From NCBI RefSeq assembly GCF_016433145.1, contig NC_058130.1, positions 37,559,980 to 37,623,979 of the forward strand: DNA of 64,000 bases, read 5' to 3'. The stretch comes from Gracilinanus agilis (lineage: Eukaryota). The notes beneath the pieces were generated by a model. The model was not told the DNA's origin, searched no databases, and saw only the letters and a list, made by a program, of their open reading frames with translations. How positions within the stretch are numbered: the first letter of the stretch is position 1; each line of letters starts with the position of its first letter. Below, piece after piece: positions 49,300 to 61,212 of this stretch. The position numbers and the translations under genes were made by a program.

Positions 49300-50125
49300 G
49301 CTTATAGAAAATGGACATGTTTAGCATTTAGTGTAGAGAAGAAGAGACTTAGGGAGAACTTCATAAATGTCTGCAAAGGAAAAGGGATCCAATTTGTTCT
49401 CTTTGTTCCCAAATGGCAGAACTTTGGATTGTTTTTCACCAATTCTTTGTGACCCTATTTGGTATTTTCTTGGCAAAGATCCTAGAGTGTCTTGCCATTT
49501 CCTTTTCCTGCTCATTTTACAGATGAAGAAACTGAGGCAAACAGCATTAAGAGACTTGTCCAGGGTCACAGTGTCCAAGGCTGAATTTGAACTCTGTGAA
49601 GATGAGTTTTCCTGACTTGTGGCTACTGCTCCACCTAGCAGTGACAGAATTAGGAGCACAAATTTAGAGTTATGATTAGTGATAGAAGTTACAAAGAGGT
49701 AAATTTAGGTTTTATGTTGGGAATACTTCCCAACAATAAGAGTTGTCCAAAAATGGGACGAGGTATCTTTGGAGGCAGTAGTACCTCCTCCTTGGAGGTC
49801 TTCAGGCAGAGGCTAGAGACCACTTGTCAGGTATTTTATTAACAATTAGGATTCCTGGGGGCAGCTAGGTGTCTCAGTGGATTGAGAACCAGGCCCAGAG
49901 ATGGGAGGTCCTAGATTCAAATCTGGCCTCAGATACTTCCCAGCTGTGTGACCCTGGGCAAGTCACTTACCCCCCATTGCCTAGCCCTTACCACTCTTCT
50001 GCCTTGGAGCCAATACAGAGTATTGATTCCAAGACAGAAGGTAAGGGTTTAAACAAAAACAATGAGGATTCCTTTTGTGTATAGACTAGGTGGCTGATGA
50101 GGTCCCTTACACCTCTCAAATTGTG
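49300..50125 (+). mobile_element. L3/CR1 3' end with MAR1 (about 49445-49640, -) and SINE1 (49857-50057, +) insertions
   Basis: GAGAAGAAGAGACTTAGGGAG...GGAGGTCTTCAGGCAGAGGCTAG; SINE TSD AACAATTAGGATTCCT / AACAATGAGGATTCCT. Confidence 0.75.
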
Positions 50126-51080
50126 TGTGATCTAGTGTAGATAGTATGGTGCCTTCACTCAGAAAGTCCTTCCAAATATTTGTTTAGTAGAATCAGTTAA
50201 GACTTCAGTGATTTTTCATATGGAGCATGAATGCTTTCTTCAATAAGAGAGTGGAAAGGTTCTGAATATGAGGATCACCAAGCAATTATACCTAAGAAAT
50301 GAAATCAATTATCCCATAGCAGGCGGGAAATGTCCAGTAATTAAAATCAAATCATATCAGAACCTGTGTGTCATCTGACCATTGACATATTAAATAAAAC
50401 AAATCAAAATCATCAGCAAATAAGAAAAAATGGTAAGGATTGGAAGGTAATACAAACAATGACAACAAATAAAATTTCTAAAACCTCAAAATCAAATCAA
50501 ATCAAAGATGTTTGTGGGATGTGTAGTGAGAGAAAAATCAATTGACCAACTGAGTAACCCAAGTGGGGCAGAAATGTGACTCATGAGGTGTTTTTTGCTT
50601 TTCATTGCATCCTCAGTGCTCCTACTGGAACACAGTAGGAGTCTAATAAATGTTTATTTCTGACTGAGGAAGAGAGATTTAGTAAGAGAGATTTTGTCTT
50701 TGCTGTCTCTAACCTGAGGGTGTTATAGAACCCAGCGAATTCCAGAAGGGCAGAGAGGCATAATGAATAATAGAGTGCCAGATTTAAAGTCAAAAACACT
50801 TAGACAACTATCTTACCTCTAATATTTAGAATCGTAGATTTAGAAATGGAGGAGACCTTAAGGTCTACAAGTTCATCCCCTCGTTTTATTGATAAGGAAA
50901 CAGAAGTCCAGAAGAGGGGAAATACTTATCCAAAGTCACACAAGTAATCCTTACCAGACCTGATATTCAAAGATTTAATGCACAGGCACTCAGGCTACCC
51001 AGAGTAGGATAGATATTTGCCCTTCACTTCCCCATTTTTGTTTTTCTTCCTTTCTAACTAGACCCTCTGATTCCAGTATT

Positions 51081-51545
51081 GTTTAGTCGTTTTTTTTTCA
51101 GTCATATCCAACTCTGCATGATCCCCTTTCATTTATTTATTTATTTATTTAGAAAAATTTTAAACCATTACCTTCCACCTTAGAATCGATACAGTATATT
51201 GGTTACAAGGCAGAAGAGCGTAAAATGGCAATGGGGGTTAAATGACTTGCCCAGGGTCACACAGCTAGGGAGTGTCTGAGGCCAGATTTGAGCCTAGCAC
51301 CTCCTATCTCTAGGCCTGGCTCTCAATCCACTGAGCCATCCAGCTGCCCTCTTCATCATCCCCTTTTTGGATTTTCATGGCAAAGATCCTAAAGTGGTTT
51401 GCCATTTCTTTTTCCTGCTTATTTTACACATGAGGAAACTAAAGCAAATAAGATTAAGTGATTTGTCCAAATAGGTAATAAGTGTCTAAGACCAGATTTG
51501 AACTCATGAAGATAAGTCTTTCTGACTCTAAGACAGGAATTCTAT
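51081..51545 (-). mobile_element. MAR1-type SINE with nested SINE1 (51130-51353, -)
   Basis: 13-bp TSD CATGATCCCCTTT / CATCATCCCCTTT around the nested SINE1. Confidence 0.85.
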
Positions 51546-52488
51546 TTTCTGTTCCTCACTGGCCCTAGTACCGGGACTCTTTTTTTTACTACCATGCAGG
51601 GTAACCATGGACAAGTCACTTTCTTTCTGTAAAACTCTTATTTCCTCATCTTGAAAATGGGGATAATAATACCTGTAGATCCAGCCTTATGGGATTGTCA
51701 TGAGGCTCAAATCAGATGAATTATGCAAAGTCTATAAAAATGTCAGTCATCTTCATCATTATTATTCTTCCTCTTCCCCTTAACCCTACACTAAAACTCT
51801 CTGCATAGCTCCATTCAGGTGAGAGCTGACCAAGGTTTCCATTTATCAAATGGGCAAAAATTAGTTCTCCAATGACTCCAATATCACTGTGGAAAGGTTT
51901 CAAAAGAAATGCATAGAACTGAGACTAGAAGTGAAATGAAAAGACTTATAAGGTCCTTTAAACCTAAGGTAGAGACAAAAGAAAAGTGAATTAAGGCACT
52001 TGGGGATCTAAGTCGTCACGGTCTAGTGTTTCCTTAATACTTTATGAAATGAAGTATGACCTGAAGCCAGAGAGTGGCATCACCCTAGTGGCTTGGCTCA
52101 CCTAAGAGCCCTTTCCTGCTAGATACTCAGGATTCTGAAAGTAAGAGGATCAAAAGCTCTCCTCTGGTTCTGAAAGGCCCGTCAGTTCTGACTCTACAAA
52201 TGGCACTTCAAATCTGAAATATCCTCACTGGCTCAGATCCACTTGGTTTGTGGTATTTGGGAAAGCTTTGAAAAGAGTTGGTAGATTGGATCAACTCTAA
52301 AATTCAAAATGTTCCCTAGCAGGTGCCATAGAGAGTGGACGTTTGTTTTGGATTTAAGTGAAATATGGGGCCACGGACACAGGAATTCTGCAGGGCAGTC
52401 CCCTGGAGGCTATAAGAAACTCCTTAGGGACTGCTACTGTACCACATTGCTTAGGGGAGCCATTGTGGTACAGTGGAATGAACTAGAT

Positions 52489-52654
52489 CAGGGGTTGGCA
52501 ACATATGGCTCTTTCTGCAGGAGCCATAAAGTCCATTTTTTTTTCAGGCGCTATTACAGGGCGGCACTGTGAGCACTGTACGGCTCTCATGAAATTACAT
52601 TTTAAAAAATGTGGCATTTATGGATCTCATGGCCAAAAAGGTTGCTAATCCCTG
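52489..52654 (+). mobile_element. Non-autonomous hAT (family C) inserted in a MIR
   Basis: TIRs CAGGGGTTGGCAAC / GTTGCTAATCCCTG; perfect TSD AACTAGAT. Confidence 0.92.
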
Positions 52655-52764
52655 AACTAGATGATCAAGGGGACCTGAGTTCTTTTGCCCTCTGATACCT
52701 ATTGCCTATGTGACCTTGGACATGTCACAACTTCCTGGTTGGTCTTTTTCCTTATATTTATTTA

Positions 52765-52948
52765 TTTTTTAAACCTTTACCTTCTGTGTCAGTATTAATT
52801 CTAAGACAAAAGAGAGGCAAGAGTTGGCAATGAGGTTTAAGTCACTTGCCTGGAGTAACACAACTAGGAAGTACATGAGCCACATTTGAACCTAAGTCCT
52901 CCCAACTCCAGGCTTGACTCTCTATTTACTATGCTACCTAGTTGCCTC
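52765..52948 (-). mobile_element. Diverged SINE1-type SINE
   Basis: Reverse SINE1 text. Confidence 0.75.
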
Positions 52949-53841
52949 TCCTTATGTTTAAAATGAAGGAATTAAACTAAATTGCCTTTGAGCTCATTGG
53001 AGAATTCCTCGGGGTGGTGGGGTGCCATTTTGGGGAGGGACTCAGACTGGTCATCTTTCATTCCCCTCCAGTCTCCAGGTCTGACTTACTTTTAGGCATG
53101 TCTCCAAGGGACTGACTCCAGACTCCCATGCCATGCTTTTCAGTTCCCTTTAATGTGTCATCTTCCTCTATTAAAATGGAAGCTTCTTGAGGGCAGGGAA
53201 TGTCTTTTTTATTTTTTTGCTTGCATTTGTATCTCCAGTTCTTAATACAATGTGTGGCACATAGAAAGTACTTAATAAATGCTTGTTGCCTCTCCTAAGT
53301 CCTTGAGGTCACTTTTAGTCTTAGATCTAGATCCGATGAATCCATAGATCCCAATGGATCTATGTATGAATCATAGATCCAGCAGGACCTTCACTCCAAC
53401 TCCATTTTCTTTCCTGGAACAGGAGATGCATGAAACTGTTTTTTAAATCTTCCAGTCATTGGATTAGCAATCAGTCAGGCAAATAGTCAGGCACTGTGCT
53501 CAGTGATTGAACAAGTATATCGATGGCCCTCTTCTGTACCTAGACATAATCTCTGCATGGACTCCAATAGCTCTGGTCCAGGCCAACCCAATCCAATCCA
53601 ATAAGTATTTATGAAACATCCCCTTCAGACAAGACACAACTCTAGGGGCTGGGGATACAAAGACAAAGTCAAAATAGAACCTCTAGCTCTAAGGACCTTA
53701 CATTCTACTGGGGATACAATATAGAAACAGCAAAGTCTACATCTGATAAATGTACATGTAATACATAAAAAGGAAATATGAGTTAACTGGCGGAAGAGGG
53801 AATGAGAATGAATAAATAAAAGGATCAAGAATGGCTCTTCT

Positions 53842-54279
53842 GGAATTCCATGTGAACTGGAATGACCTCCAGGAATTGATGCAGAGTAAAAGGAGCAGAA
53901 CCAGGAGAACCTTATACACAGAGATGGATATACTGTGGCAAAATTAAATGTAATGGACTTGTCTAGTAGCAGCAGTGCAATGATCCAGGACAATTCTGAG
54001 GGACTTAGGAGAAAGAACGCTACAGAGAAAGAACTGTGGGAGCAGAAACACAGAAGAAAAACAATTGCTTGATCACGTGGGTCAAAGGGGATGTGATTGG
54101 GGATGTAGACTCTAAATGATCACCCTAGTGCAAATATCAAAAATATAGAAATAGGTCTTGATCAATGACACATGTAAAACCAGTGGAATTGCTATGGGAG
54201 GGGGATGGGAGGAGGGGAAGGAAAGAATATGAATCATGTAACCAAGGAGAAGGTTTCTTAATTAATCAATAAAAGAAAA
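53842..54279 (+). mobile_element. 5'-truncated L1 insertion in an L2 relic
   Basis: Perfect 15-bp TSD AAGAATGGCTCTTCT (53827-53841 / 54280-54294); same subfamily text as the 11.0-11.8 kb L1. Confidence 0.93.
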
Positions 54280-54329
54280 AAGAATGGCTCTTCTATAGTT
54301 GAGATATGAGCTGAGCTTGAAAAATGCTA

Positions 54330-54560
54330 GAGGGCAATTAGGTGACACAGTGGATAAAATGTCAGGCTTGAAGTCATGAAGACTCAGACATTTCTTAGTT
54401 GTGTGACCCTGGGCAAGTCTCCTAATCATGTTTGCCTCAGTTTCTCCATCTGTAAAATGAGCTGGAAAAGAAAGTGGCAAACTATTCTAATATCTCTGCC
54501 AAGAAACAACCAAATGGGGTCCTGAAGAGTCAGACATGAATGAAATGACTGAAGCACAAA
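54330..54560 (+). mobile_element. MAR1-type SINE
   Basis: CORE plus CCAAATGGGGTCCTGAAGAGTCAGACATG tail. Confidence 0.85.
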
Positions 54561-55343
54561 ACCAGAAGTTCTAAGGAGTGAAAGGTGGAGGGAATACAAT
54601 CCAGGTATGGAGGACAGCCTGTGCAGAGGTATGAAGATGGGAAGGGGAATGCCAAGTTCAGTATACAGCAAGTAGGACAGTTTGACTGGATTACAGTGTT
54701 TCTGGAGGGGAACAGTGGGCAATAAGTCCAGAAAAGTAAGTTGGATGTCAACTTTAAGAAAAGCACTTTGCAAAACTCAAGTTGCTATATAAATGTTAGC
54801 TTATTATTATTAGCTATTATTAACCTATGTGAAAAAAACTTTGGAAACTTTATGGATGGGTAGATAAGAAGCAAGGTTGAGCAGAGAATGTGCACATCCG
54901 ATCTTGCTTCTGGCAGATCACACTTGTCTGACAGCACAGAATGGGAGCAAGAAAAATAGATATTTAAAAGAGAAGGGAATGACCTAACACAGAGTGCTCC
55001 CTTCCCCCTTTGCTTCTTGTTTTGAGCCATTTTCCTAACTCCAAAGGCAGCTCTTATCCATTATTCCATGTTACCTCGTGTCATGATGGAACAGTTAAAA
55101 CATGGCGGGTGTAAAATCTGGCTGAAAATCTAGTTCTATTTTATCCCGTGACAAGCACTGTCACTGGAGTCTGTGGTCCCTAAGATCCCTAAATCTAAAT
55201 CTATCATCCTACTATTCTCTAAGTAATAAGGAAATGTGAACAAAATCCCCGCACCCAAAAGTCTGTGATTCTCAATGGTGGTCTTCCAGGCTATTCAAAC
55301 TGGACATCTCATCCAGAGATCAAGTGCCAGCTTCCCTCTGGAC

Positions 55344-55534
55344 CAGTGATTCCCAAAGTGGGCACCACTGCCCCCTGGTGGGTGCTGCAGCGATCCAGGG
55401 AGGGCAGTGATGGCCACAGGTGCATTTATTTATCTTTTGCTATTAAAATTTTAAAAAATTAATTTCCCGGGACGCTAAGTAATATTTTTTTTCTGGAAAG
55501 GGGGTGGCAGGCCAAAAAAGTTTGGGAACCACTG
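55344..55534 (+). mobile_element. hAT MITE family A
   Basis: Same TIRs; TSD CTCTGGAC / ATCTGGAC. Confidence 0.95.
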
Positions 55535-57044
55535 ATCTGGACTGACATCATCATCTCTTCCAATCTCCATTAACGCAGACCATTTTTGTGGGATGGTCAT
55601 ACATATTTTTCACACAGGTAGACTCAGAGAACTTAAAGACACAAGTACTTTCTAGCAATCCTGAATATACCTCCTCCCATGTCCACCTTAAGCCCTCTGG
55701 GATTTAAGGGCAGTCGTGAGTCAGTCAAATCATGGCCAAGTAGAATCATGGGCACCTAGCAAGACTGCTTGGGCAACAGACTAAAGAATGCCCTGGCTCC
55801 CGCTAGAGCCTTCCCCAAGCCCTGGGAAATGAGCCGGAATAAGCAGTCAGATGAAAGAAAACACCCATGGAAAAGAAACTGTCTAAGAAACAAATGCTCT
55901 GGTTTGTGACTCTGAGATAATAGTTTCTCTGTTTCTTCTCCAGGAGGAAATACATTGCAAGGGACCAGTTATTTACCCAGCGATGTCTGAGGCTGGACCT
56001 TACATGACTGGCCTTCGGTTTCTGCAGGTCTTGGATTTTTCAAGAGGGACCAACAACATAAAAACCCAAAGCATGACACAGCGATTAAGAGCCTATTACC
56101 CCAATGCAAATATCCATAGAAAGAGCTGAATAAAACTCCATTTGGAAGAATGAAGTCTGGATTACAGTAATTGCAGGCCGTCTGCTGGCTCTCTGGCGTC
56201 AGGCCCCAGTGGAGGCTGCCAGCGAGCCTCGCTAATCACCTGTCTTTCAGGACAGGGAGGGGAATGTGTGTGTATGGGGTGGGGGAGGAACTAAAGAAAA
56301 ACAGACCAAAAAGGGCACAGAAATATAGTGCAGTCTGTCATATGGAGATGGCAGTGGAGGGGGGAATGGTCCAGGTCACCCAATACTCATTCAGTCGAGA
56401 TGCCTCAGTTTAGATGGACATTTCTAATTTAGCCTTTCAAAAGGATTCCCTCAAGCAGCAGAGAAATTCCTCCCTGCTGAGCACTGAGATTTCCCATTAG
56501 TCTCCATCATACATTTTGAATTCCAACCCAACTGGTCTTTCTTGAGTTTTTGTGGACACAATCTTTAATTTCCCACCTCCTAGCTTTTGCCCAGTCTTTC
56601 CCCCATGACTAGAATGCTCTTGTCTCTGCTTCTTAGAATCTCTAGCTACATTCAAGGCTCAACTCAAGTGCTACTTCTTAAAAGAAGAATTTTCTGATCT
56701 ATCTTACCCATTAATGCTCATCCCATCCTCAATGAAATTACTTTGTATTTATTTTTTAATATATTTTTGATTTGCTTAACAGTGTTTGTGTTTTGCTCTA
56801 TTAAGATACTTTATACATTTCAGGGATCAGATACAATTTTTATTTTTACCTTTGCACTTTCAAGATCAGCATAAGTCAACAAGTATCTGTCTATAAAATG
56901 CCTACTATGAGCCAGACATTGCGCTAAGCACTGAGCATCCGAAGAAAGGCAAAAGAGAGTCTCTGCTTTCACAGTCTAATAAGAGAGGCAAAGATGGAAA
57001 AAAACTCTATATGCCAGCTCTCTATGGGATAAATTATAGATAAT

Positions 57045-57135
57045 TTACTATATATATATGTATATATATACATATATAATTATATAGATGAGTTATGCAC
57101 ATACAAACATGTATATATAATAATTTTATATATGT
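57045..57135. repeat. (TA)n-rich low-complexity tract
   Basis: Direct reading. Confidence 0.9.
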
Positions 57136-57189
57136 GTAACTAAGTGAAGGGAAGGCATTGACATTAAGAAAGACTGCGGAAAGCTTCTT

Positions 57190-57398
57190 TTATTTATTTA
57201 TTTTTTAACTCTTATCTTCCATCTTGGAGTCAATACTACGTATTGGTTCCAAGGCAGAAGAGTGGTAAGGGCTAGATAATGGGGGCAAAGTGACTTGCCC
57301 AGGGTCACACAGCTGGGAAGTGTCTGAGACCAGATTTGAACCTAGGACCTCCTGTCTCTAGGGCTGACTCTCAATCCACTGACCTACCCAGCTGCCCC
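57190..57398 (-). mobile_element. SINE1-type SINE
   Basis: Reverse complement of the shared SINE1 sequence. Confidence 0.9.
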
Positions 57399-58399
57399 AC
57401 AAAGGCAGTAATTTTGAAAGCAAAGACCTATGCAGTATTCAGTCAGGTTCTGTGGATATGACCAGAGTCATGCTTCTGGAAGAGATAGCCTTGAAATTGG
57501 GGAAGGAGTCTATTAGAGGAGTGGAGTTATGGAATAAAAACACTGAGTGGGGACAAGGGTTACAGGCAAACAACTATACAGAGATCAGAAATGTTAGTCA
57601 CCTGGAGGAATACAGGACACAGCTTGGGAAATCTACTGTCTTAAGCATAGCTGAGTAAAGCTCTGGAGTAATATCAGTGGACTAGCAACCAGGATAATGA
57701 TGAGAACTGAAAAGTATTTTCTCACCCCAGTATAATTATAGGTAGACCTAAGAGAATAGAAACCATCAGGCTGCTCCGACCCCTTTCTAACGATCAAATT
57801 TTAAAATGAGTGAATGAAATGCTAAATTTCAAGTAGAGACCATGGAAAATAAAGATGCAATTCTTGCCCCTCCTCAAAAAAGAGGGGCAGGTGGGGGGGG
57901 GGGAAGTATTGCAAAACAAGCTGGTTCTAGAGGTTTTTACTGGTTGTATGTTTATAGCCATGGGTTTGACACACAAAAAGGCTGAAATATACTTAAGACT
58001 AATAGAGGTATAACGACACCTCCTATAGAGAAGAGATTACAAAGCACTTGGGATTCAGTTGGCAATCAATTCGACAGCAAAGCCGCCAATAACAGTGCAA
58101 TGGAGAAAGGACCTCCAATGGATATTAGCAGATTAAAGCTCAGGGAGAAAAAAAGAGCAAATGACAATACAAAACTGGCAAATGACAATGGCAGCAATAG
58201 CTTTGGAGACAGAGAGAAGTTGTAACTAGGATGTAGAGCATGAGATGCCCTGGGTTTGTGTCATCTTTGTATCATGCTATCCATATGCGATTCCTTTTCC
58301 TCCAGGTTTTTCCTTTCCCAGTGACATCATGTGAACTTTGGGAGAATTTCTACTTTGCTATGGGGGTGGAGAATGATTTTTTTTCTTATTATTTATCTT

Positions 58400-58670
58400 T
58401 CTAGGCTGTATAATTCTGTCTTCCATCTATTAATTATTTCCTATATGTAATTATTTATTGTTATATATATTAATATATTGTATGCGTTAATTATTTATCC
58501 TGCATATACCTTGCTTTCTGTATACTAGTTTGCACTTCGTTTCTCCCATTAGATTGTAAGATCCTTGAAGGCAGAAACTGTCTTTTGCCTCTTCTTGTAT
58601 CCCAAGCATTTGGCATAGTGCCTGGCTCATGGTAGACGCTTAATAAATGTTTATTGACTGGTTGAAATTC
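58400..58670 (-). mobile_element. L2 3' end
   Basis: TTAGATTGTAAGATCCTTGAAGGCAG...TTAATAAATGTTTATTGACTG. Confidence 0.8.
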
Positions 58671-59397
58671 AGTATCATTGCTCTGAATTCACGTGTCTTC
58701 TGATTTGGTGTGATCAAAGAGAAATAGTGTTAGAACTATGATTTTAAGTCATTATTGACCCAAAGCGTCAATGAATTGGGCCCAGTTTTTAAGGACTCCC
58801 ACCTGAGGGGAGCCCAGGCTGCACCAAGAAAATTTGTTGCTTTCTTAATAGAACATGGAAGACATAGAAGATATGTTTATTCATATCTCATCTTGTTGCC
58901 TTTACCTACACAGCACTGGCCTTATTTGCTTTTAAACGGTTTCTTTGTTCAAACCAATATGTACATGCAGCCCCTGCTGCTGACATTTCCACCTGCTGGA
59001 AGACACTACATTTTCCTTTTGTCAAAAAGAGCTGGGGGGGGGGGCCTGGCTTTAAAACTGGAAGGCATCTGCTCAGTGAGCAGCTAAGTATGCCAGAGAG
59101 CCAGGAGGTCAGTCCCTGGCAAAAGAGCTCAAGAGACAAGTTCTCCTTTGAAATGAATTGTTTTCTGTTGGATGCTTCTCAAATTCCAAGCAGAATAAGA
59201 GGTAACTATGGGGACAGTGATCTCACCCAGGAGAGGAAAGCCCAACTGAAAGGAAGCCTGGGAAAGAACATCATTGTTTTCAGGTGTTGGACTTGCATCT
59301 ATTTAAGGTCATGATCCAAATCCTGTCCCCTTACTCTTTAGCCTCTGGGTCTGTTCACAACCCCCCACTCCTCTACCAACTATTAATTCTCCTAAAG

Positions 59398-59589
59398 CAG
59401 TGATTCCCAAAGTGGGCGCCACCGCCCTCTGGTGGGTGCTGCAGCAATCCAGAAGAACGGTGATGGCCACAGGTGCATCTATCTTTCCTATTCATTGCTA
59501 TTAAAATTTTTAAAAATTAATTTCCAGGGGGCTAAGTAATATTTTTTCTGGAAAGGGGGCAGCAGGCCAAAAAAGTTTGGGAACCAGTG
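59398..59589 (+). mobile_element. hAT MITE family A
   Basis: Same TIRs; TSD TCCTAAAG / CCCTAAAG. Confidence 0.95.
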
Positions 59590-60619
59590 CCCTAAAGAGA
59601 CAGGAAATTGTTTTGAAGTTCTTGGGTAGGCTTGAAGCCCATTGGCTGGGTCCTGACTCTTTTCATCAGTAATAGGAAGAATACAAGCCCAGAACCTAGA
59701 GAAAACCTTAGAGCTAGAAAGACCCTCAGAGAACCATAAAGCCTACCAAATGGCTACTGAAGTAGGAGATTGGGGCACCAAGGACCCATCAGGTACACCT
59801 GCTCACTACCAGGATCTGTCAGCTACACAGACATTACCACCACCATCTTATTACAGTGGGGGGTGGGGGCTATTGCTGCTATAATACTAACTCTGTTGGA
59901 AGCACTTTCTTGGCAGCCCATCTCTACCATTCCAACAGTCAAATACCACTCCAGACAAGGAATAGCTAAGTAGGCTGCAATCTTAGAACAATGATCCCCA
60001 GCAGTCCCTACCCTAGGAAGTTTTAATGTATCATATTACATGAAACAGTGGTGCAGAAAATATCTCTTCTTCCTAATGGGAAATTGGGGGGAAGAAAACT
60101 CTTGTCCTTCCCCTCTTGAAGCAATGTTCTACCTCGAGGGAGTTGGAGAAGGAGGACTGGAAGATTTGCTAATTACTACCAAGGTAGATTAAGTAAACCA
60201 TTATTGAACGGAAGTTGAAATGTTTGTGATGCTCAGGCTTCATTAAAACCAGGTTAGACTGTGCTTGGAACAAGTTTTGCAGGACGTTTATAAAATATAC
60301 CATTGTTGAAGGGTTGGGACTATTGGGAGAGTGAATCTATTCTCTAGATTCTATAGAGAGAACTTGCACTATAGATCATTAGAAGTGCAAAGGGTTTCTG
60401 TACTTACTCCTGGGCAAATCAAAGAAAACTCTTCACCTACAGACATACTATTTCAGAGATGCCATTTATCACAGGGTATGGAATTTTAGAATTGTAAGAC
60501 TTTAGAGGTACAACCCCTTCATTTGACAAAGGAAGAACCTCCTGCCAAAAGACATGTACTTTTTTGTTTACATGTCGCTGACTTTGTCGCTCTCCCCTTT
60601 GGTCACTACATGATTCCTT

Positions 60620-60797
60620 TCTTTTTTTTTTTCAAACCCTTAACTTCGGTGTATTGGCTCATTGGTGGAAGAGTGGTAAGGGTGGGTAATGGGGGTCAAG
60701 TGACTTGCCCAGGGTCACACAGCTAGGAAGTGTCTGAGGCTGGATTTGAACCCAGGACTCTAGGCCTGACTCTCAATCCACTGAGCTACCCAGCTGA
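60620..60797 (-). mobile_element. SINE1_Mdo
   Basis: Reverse complement of the shared SINE1 sequence. Confidence 0.9.
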
Positions 60798-61022
60798 CCC
60801 GATGTATTTTCTTAAGACAAATTGACAGCTTCAAATACTCATACAGTTTGTGTTGAATTATTTTTCACCACTTCTTTCAGAAGATTAAGAATGTTATTGA
60901 CCAATACCTACAAAACTAAGGAAGTTAAGTACAAATGTGACTTAAGAAAAATCTACAAACTAAATGTATCCTTGGAATTGGTGCCTAGATCTAAGCACCA
61001 ATGGATGAAAGTATGCTTTTTT

Positions 61023-61212
61023 TTTAATTTTTTTTTAAACCCTTGTACTTCGGTGTATTGTCTCATAGGTGGAAGATTGGTAAGGGTGGGCAATGGGGGT
61101 CAAGTGACCTGCCCAGGGTCACACAGCTGGGAAGTGGCTGAGGCCGGGTTTGAACCTAGGACCTCCTGTCTCTAGGCCTGACTCTCAATCCACTGAGCTA
61201 CCCAGCTGCCCC
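61023..61212 (-). mobile_element. Young SINE1_Mdo
   Basis: Perfect 16-bp TSD GAAAGTATGCTTTTTT. Confidence 0.95.

Noticed and set aside
58990-59006. CCAGCAGGTGGAAA (and CCAGCAGAGAGGGG near 63148) as CTCF sites
   Set aside because: They lack the conserved GGC 3' part of the core; the second lies within an L1 relic
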